From Candidatus Lloydbacteria bacterium RIFCSPHIGHO2_02_FULL_50_18 (GTDB lineage: Bacteria > Patescibacteriota > Minisyncoccia > Phycocordibacterales > UBA6899), in contig MHLM01000015.1 of NCBI GenBank assembly GCA_001821395.1, positions 1 through 64,000 of the forward strand: a stretch of 64,000 nt of DNA, read 5' to 3'. Shown here piece by piece: positions 60,553 through 64,000 of this stretch. Every line of letters starts with the position of its first letter. Within the stretch, counting starts at the first letter, position 1. The position numbers and the translations under genes are program-made. The notes beneath the pieces are model-generated. The model did no database searches, was not told the origin of the DNA, and saw only the letters and a program-made list of their open reading frames with translations.

Positions 60553-62152
60553 AGACAGTATTGCCGGAAATTGTGGTCACCACATCATCATCACGTAAAT
60601 AGCGATGCCCTGCCGTGGCAACGATGTCGCCGGATGTCAGTCCGCTTATGATCTCGATGAGCTCAGTCGACTCTGCGCCGACGGTGACCATACGACGATG
60701 TACAACCTTACCGTCAAAGACAAATACATATACGGAACCGTACTCCAACAGAAGCGCACTGCGCGGAATCGCGACGGAGGCGCTGTGTGCTTTTTCAAAT
60801 GCCACATGTGCATACGATCCGACCTTCAATGCGTGATCGCCATTTGCGATCGATAATTCCATCGTTACTTTTTTGCTCACGGGGTCAGCGCTAGGATCGA
60901 TCCTGGTGATCACTGCGACAAATGTTCGCTCGGAAAGAAGATCGCTCACGATCGTTGCCGTATCTCCGACATGATAAAGCGACACACGGTCATCCGGCAC
61001 ACCGATCGAGAGCTTAAGGACTGAGTCGTCGACGAGATGAAAAAGTGGCGTTCCGGGAGCAATGACCGCACCTTGTTCGACATACTTTTTTGTGATGAGT
61101 CCCCCAAATGATGCATGAATGACGCCATCCGCAAGAATGGTATCGGTCACATCCGTTTGCCCCTTTAATGCGACGATCTGCGACTGTGCTTCTGCGAGTT
61201 TTGTGTCGCGTATCCTTTCGAGCAGTATGACACTCGTCGATACATCATGGATGTTCTGCAACAGTGACTGCACTTGCCCACCGAGCATCGTGACGTTTGT
61301 TTTGTATGAGCTGATCTCAGCACCGCTTGCGCTTGAGGCCGCGACACTTCCCGATAATACGGCGTAAGCTTGGCTCAGAACAACTTTTGAATTCGTGAGC
61401 ACCGCCACTGCTTCCGTAAGCCCCAAATCGACGGCCGACTGACTCGGATCTTTGTTCAGAATGGATCCGTGAAAATAATTTTGAAATTTATCATTTGCAA
61501 GTTGGTATGCCATGAGTGTTTCGCGCGCAGTCATTTTTGCCGCTGTATTTCTCACACCAAGCTCATTATCAAATGTTATTTCGATACTGCTGTCTTTTCC
61601 GTTCTGCACAGAGAGAAGAGTACCGAGAATGTCACTCACCTGATCAGAAAGTATCGCGGCGTTCGTAAGCGCTGCAACGCTAGCAGTCTGCGACGACCCC
61701 GTATCAGTTGCGCTCGGGATCGGACCACCCGACGTTTGCTCTGTACGGATCTGCTCTTTGTAATAGCGATCGATCGCAGAGACACCCTTTTCGGCGACGG
61801 CGATGCTATTGTTCAGGCCATCTCTTGTTGCCCGAGCCGTTGTTCCGTCGAGTTCAGCAAGTGTTTGAGCGGAAAAAACACGCGCTCCAACATCAGCATA
61901 TAACGCAACGATGCTACCGCCCGTCTTTGCCGCCAGATCTACCTCACGCTCCGGCTGCAGTATTCCGGTAAAACGCTCCGCATCCGAAACATCCGCATTT
62001 ACCGCGGCGGCGGTAGTGATGACCGGAATCTGCTGCACAGGAAGAACCTGCGCATTGATACGCATTATAACGAGCACAACAAATAGGAGTAGCGCCGTAA
62101 TACTCACTACAGTAAAACTATGGGGGCGAATTTTTTGTATGATGGATCGCAT
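60542..62152 (-). CDS. RND efflux periplasmic adaptor subunit (membrane fusion protein)
   Basis: N-terminal TM anchor, long alpha-hairpin region, lipoyl/beta-barrel segments; translationally coupled to the RND gene. Confidence 0.75.
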   Translation of the reverse strand: MRSIIQKIRPHSFTVVSITALLLFVVLVIMRINAQVLPVQQIPVITTAAAVNADVSDAERFTGILQPEREVDLAAKTGGSIVALYADVGARVFSAQTLAELDGTTARATRDGLNNSIAVAEKGVSAIDRYYKEQIRTEQTSGGPIPSATDTGSSQTASVAALTNAAILSDQVSDILGTLLSVQNGKDSSIEITFDNELGVRNTAAKMTARETLMAYQLANDKFQNYFHGSILNKDPSQSAVDLGLTEAVAVLTNSKVVLSQAYAVLSGSVAASSASGAEISSYKTNVTMLGGQVQSLLQNIHDVSTSVILLERIRDTKLAEAQSQIVALKGQTDVTDTILADGVIHASFGGLITKKYVEQGAVIAPGTPLFHLVDDSVLKLSIGVPDDRVSLYHVGDTATIVSDLLSERTFVAVITRIDPSADPVSKKVTMELSIANGDHALKVGSYAHVAFEKAHSASVAIPRSALLLEYGSVYVFVFDGKVVHRRMVTVGAESTELIEIISGLTSGDIVATAGHRYLRDDDVVTTISGNTVYEN

Positions 62153-62158
62153 AGCTTT

Positions 62159-62383
62159 TTATTTTGTGGGAACTCCAAGCTTTTGAAGCAATATCGCCGA
62201 CGGACAGTATCCGGTCATTGCAAAAATGATCTGCATGCATCCGATAAGTGCAGTAACGGCGAGCCACCAAAGTTCCCGGAAATATACCGCGAGGCCGACC
62301 GAAACAAGCACGAATAATCCGGCAAGAAGATAAACAACGCGGGTGACATACCAATGTGATGTCTCAAGACGAAATATATTCAT
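62159..62383 (-). CDS. DUF2892/YgaP-like small two-helix membrane protein
   Basis: 74 aa. The pattern W..V.R.V..LAG...L is shared with the N-terminus of the next gene. Confidence 0.45.
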   Translation of the reverse strand: MNIFRLETSHWYVTRVVYLLAGLFVLVSVGLAVYFRELWWLAVTALIGCMQIIFAMTGYCPSAILLQKLGVPTK

Positions 62384-62482
62384 AGAGATAATATAAATTT
62401 TTTAACAATAACTAAATGCGTTGCAGTACGAGTTCTTTCGTGCGGCGTCAGAGAAATACGTTTATTTCGCGAGCGACTCCAC

Positions 62483-63385
62483 TTAGCCCCTCTTGAGATA
62501 CACCTTTACAAAACTGCTTTTCATTTCTGCCGCTTTTGCTGAAAGAGCTTCTGTGTCATTTGTTTTGGAGAGATCTAAGAGCTGCTCTAAATTTTGTCGA
62601 ATTGTTTGGATCTCGGTATCATTTGCAACCTCTTCTACAGCCTTGAGCCTGTCGCTTACAAGAGGATATGTCGCGATGACAAGTTCCGGATCTTTTGCAT
62701 CTGCTGCTGCAATGATCGTCTCCATCGCATCATGAAAATCAACAAGGGATACCGCAAGCATCGAGAAGGCATTGCGCTTCAATATGTTCTGAAATACCGG
62801 ACGGACCTGTTCAAGGTCAAGGTGTGCTGATTTAAGATCACCAGATAATATCTTATCCCTGGGCATGGCGATCATCGTGGCGATCCGATCAAGGTCTTCG
62901 TTGAATTGTGCATCATGCGAAACAACATAGGGATGATAACCTTGATACTTGGAACGAAAGTCCGCATATGCCGATTGTAGCTCAGTATAGTTTTTTACTG
63001 ATTGTTCTCGATCTATCTGCCCGGTGTAAAACAATGCTTGTTTATAGGATTGATTCATTGCAGTGTAATCATCGAGGAAGATCTTCTTTGTAAAAAAGTT
63101 GCTCGCATAGCCACCTCCGATCACGATAAGCAACGACACAAAAAATAGAATACCAATTCCTGTTTTTGATAAAAGTTTTTCATGCGACGAACAGGTGCTG
63201 ATCCCAAATATTTTATACAATCCGCAATATCCGACGATCGCCGTCACCAGCATAATCAAACCAATAAGATAAAATGCGATCTGTAAAATACCTCCAAGCC
63301 AAAAAAAGCCAAGCAAAAATAATATCTCGGACAATATTAGCCGTGTCCCTCTATCCGCTATCCCTTCATTTTTTACAATATTCAT
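62483..63385 (-). CDS. membrane protein with an N-terminal DUF2892-like two-helix module and a C-terminal extracytoplasmic helical domain
   Basis: 300 aa; the N-terminal ~70 aa are paralogous to 62159-62383. Confidence 0.45.
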   Translation of the reverse strand: MNIVKNEGIADRGTRLILSEILFLLGFFWLGGILQIAFYLIGLIMLVTAIVGYCGLYKIFGISTCSSHEKLLSKTGIGILFFVSLLIVIGGGYASNFFTKKIFLDDYTAMNQSYKQALFYTGQIDREQSVKNYTELQSAYADFRSKYQGYHPYVVSHDAQFNEDLDRIATMIAMPRDKILSGDLKSAHLDLEQVRPVFQNILKRNAFSMLAVSLVDFHDAMETIIAAADAKDPELVIATYPLVSDRLKAVEEVANDTEIQTIRQNLEQLLDLSKTNDTEALSAKAAEMKSSFVKVYLKRG

Positions 63386-63412
63386 ATGTGAACGGTGATT
63401 TAATAAATAATG

Positions 63413-63703
63413 TCAGATCGAAAACGCAGACGCGACGACCGTGCGTATATCCTTCTCAAATTTCAGTGAAACGCCTTCACCTTTTGCGCACGTGATCGCA
63501 TAGGCATCTATATACGCTTCGGCGAACCGTTTTACGGCAACATGCACCGCTTTGATCTGTCCGATATTTACGAGGCAATCGCCCTGCTTATCGGACTCGA
63601 CCGAACGCTTGATGCCTTCGATCTGCCCTTGGATACGATTGAGGCGATGAAGCAACGCTTCTCGCTCATCTGCGGTCTTATTTAATTCTTGTGAATTTTT
63701 CAT
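63413..63703 (-). CDS. csoR: CsoR/RcnR-family metal-sensing transcriptional repressor
   Basis: 96 aa. LHRLNRIQGQIEGIKRSV helix and C-x-H-x-C ligand pattern (C..H..C). Confidence 0.8.
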   Translation of the reverse strand: MKNSQELNKTADEREALLHRLNRIQGQIEGIKRSVESDKQGDCLVNIGQIKAVHVAVKRFAEAYIDAYAITCAKGEGVSLKFEKDIRTVVASAFSI

Positions 63704-63711
63704 GCATACAC

Positions 63712-63733
63712 TATATACCCCATGGGGTATATA
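63712..63733. promoter_or_regulatory. 22-bp perfect palindrome TATATACCCCATGGGGTATATA, 9-30 nt upstream of the csoR start: candidate CsoR operator
   Basis: Self-complementary string with G/C tracts flanked by AT, resembling known CsoR operators; located in the csoR promoter region. Confidence 0.6.
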
Positions 63734-63865
63734 GTCAACAGCGCGATAAGTTCTTTTCGGTATCGGGTTCTTCTATTCGTATCGCAACGCTTCCATAGGC
63801 AAGGGATCATTTAATTTCCGTTTCCTATTAACACCATCAGGCACCCATCTGTACAGAGGGGCACC

Positions 63866-64000
63866 CTATGGGGCTTTCTGTGCGGCGCTCATTTCTTGCA
63901 ATTTTTTCACGAAAGGGATATCGGCGGGAGCAAAGTCAAAATTGTTCAAATCAGCGATATCGAGCAGCATGATCGCATCATGAACGGTCAGCTTGAAATC
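63866..64000 (-). CDS. 3' end (last 44 aa) of an unidentified gene entering from beyond the window
   Basis: Only one minus-strand frame is open from the window edge to TAG at 63866-63868. Confidence 0.3.
   Translation of the reverse strand, partial: DFKLTVHDAIMLLDIADLNNFDFAPADIPFVKKLQEMSAAQKAP

Noticed and set aside
63850-63875. Second CsoR-like half-palindrome ggggcaccctatgggg
   Set aside because: It is imperfect and overlaps the stop codon of the upstream partial gene rather than a promoter; not called.

Overview
64-kb bacterial chromosomal window, coded almost entirely on the minus strand; only thyA-folA and one small ORF are on the plus strand. In order:

- 1-4.3 kb: 5' part of a hyf/Ehr-like membrane-bound hydrogenase-related operon (NuoB-, NuoL-, NuoH- and HyfE-like subunits). 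The small subunit has lost 3 of 4 Fe-S Cys ligands.
- 4.3-17.4 kb: tRNA-Pro(CGG) with tRNA-derived repeats, a DUF2207 protein, xseB-xseA (XseA carries an extra N-terminal HRDC domain), a UvrD-type helicase fused to a PD-(D/E)xK nuclease, a NOX/ferric-reductase-like flavoprotein, a NUDIX hydrolase and an ABC exporter.
- 17.4-24.6 kb: an A+T-rich ~7-kb type I R-M module, hsdM - nested PD-(D/E)xK-like gene - hsdS - FicA/FicT-like pair - hsdR. It starts 6 nt from the 3' end of tRNA-Ala(GGC) and is bounded on the far side by a degenerate tRNA-Ala-3'-end-like repeat, so it looks like an integrated defence island.
- 24.6-25.6 kb: a cluster of three tRNA-Ala isoacceptors (GGC, CGC, UGC) with tandem tRNA-fragment scars, a conserved 34-nt repeat, and recurrent structures of inverted tRNA 3' half plus a GCAG hairpin.
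- 25.8-47 kb: ddl, uvrC, uvrA, a FIST-sensor/histidine-kinase/REC-REC regulator operon, uvrB, tgt, thyA-folA, and glucose/alpha-glucan genes (ROK kinase, pgi, GH15, GH57, glycosyltransferase).
- 47-64 kb: a metal-homeostasis block (P1B ATPase, HME-RND pump with adaptor, His/Met-rich small proteins), a plsC-like gene, an SSB-like OB-fold protein, a second RND pump with adaptor, two DUF2892-like membrane proteins, and csoR with a perfect palindromic operator.

No rRNA, CRISPR array, transposase or integrase gene is visible. All calls rest on motif recognition and reading the sequence by eye; no database search was run.
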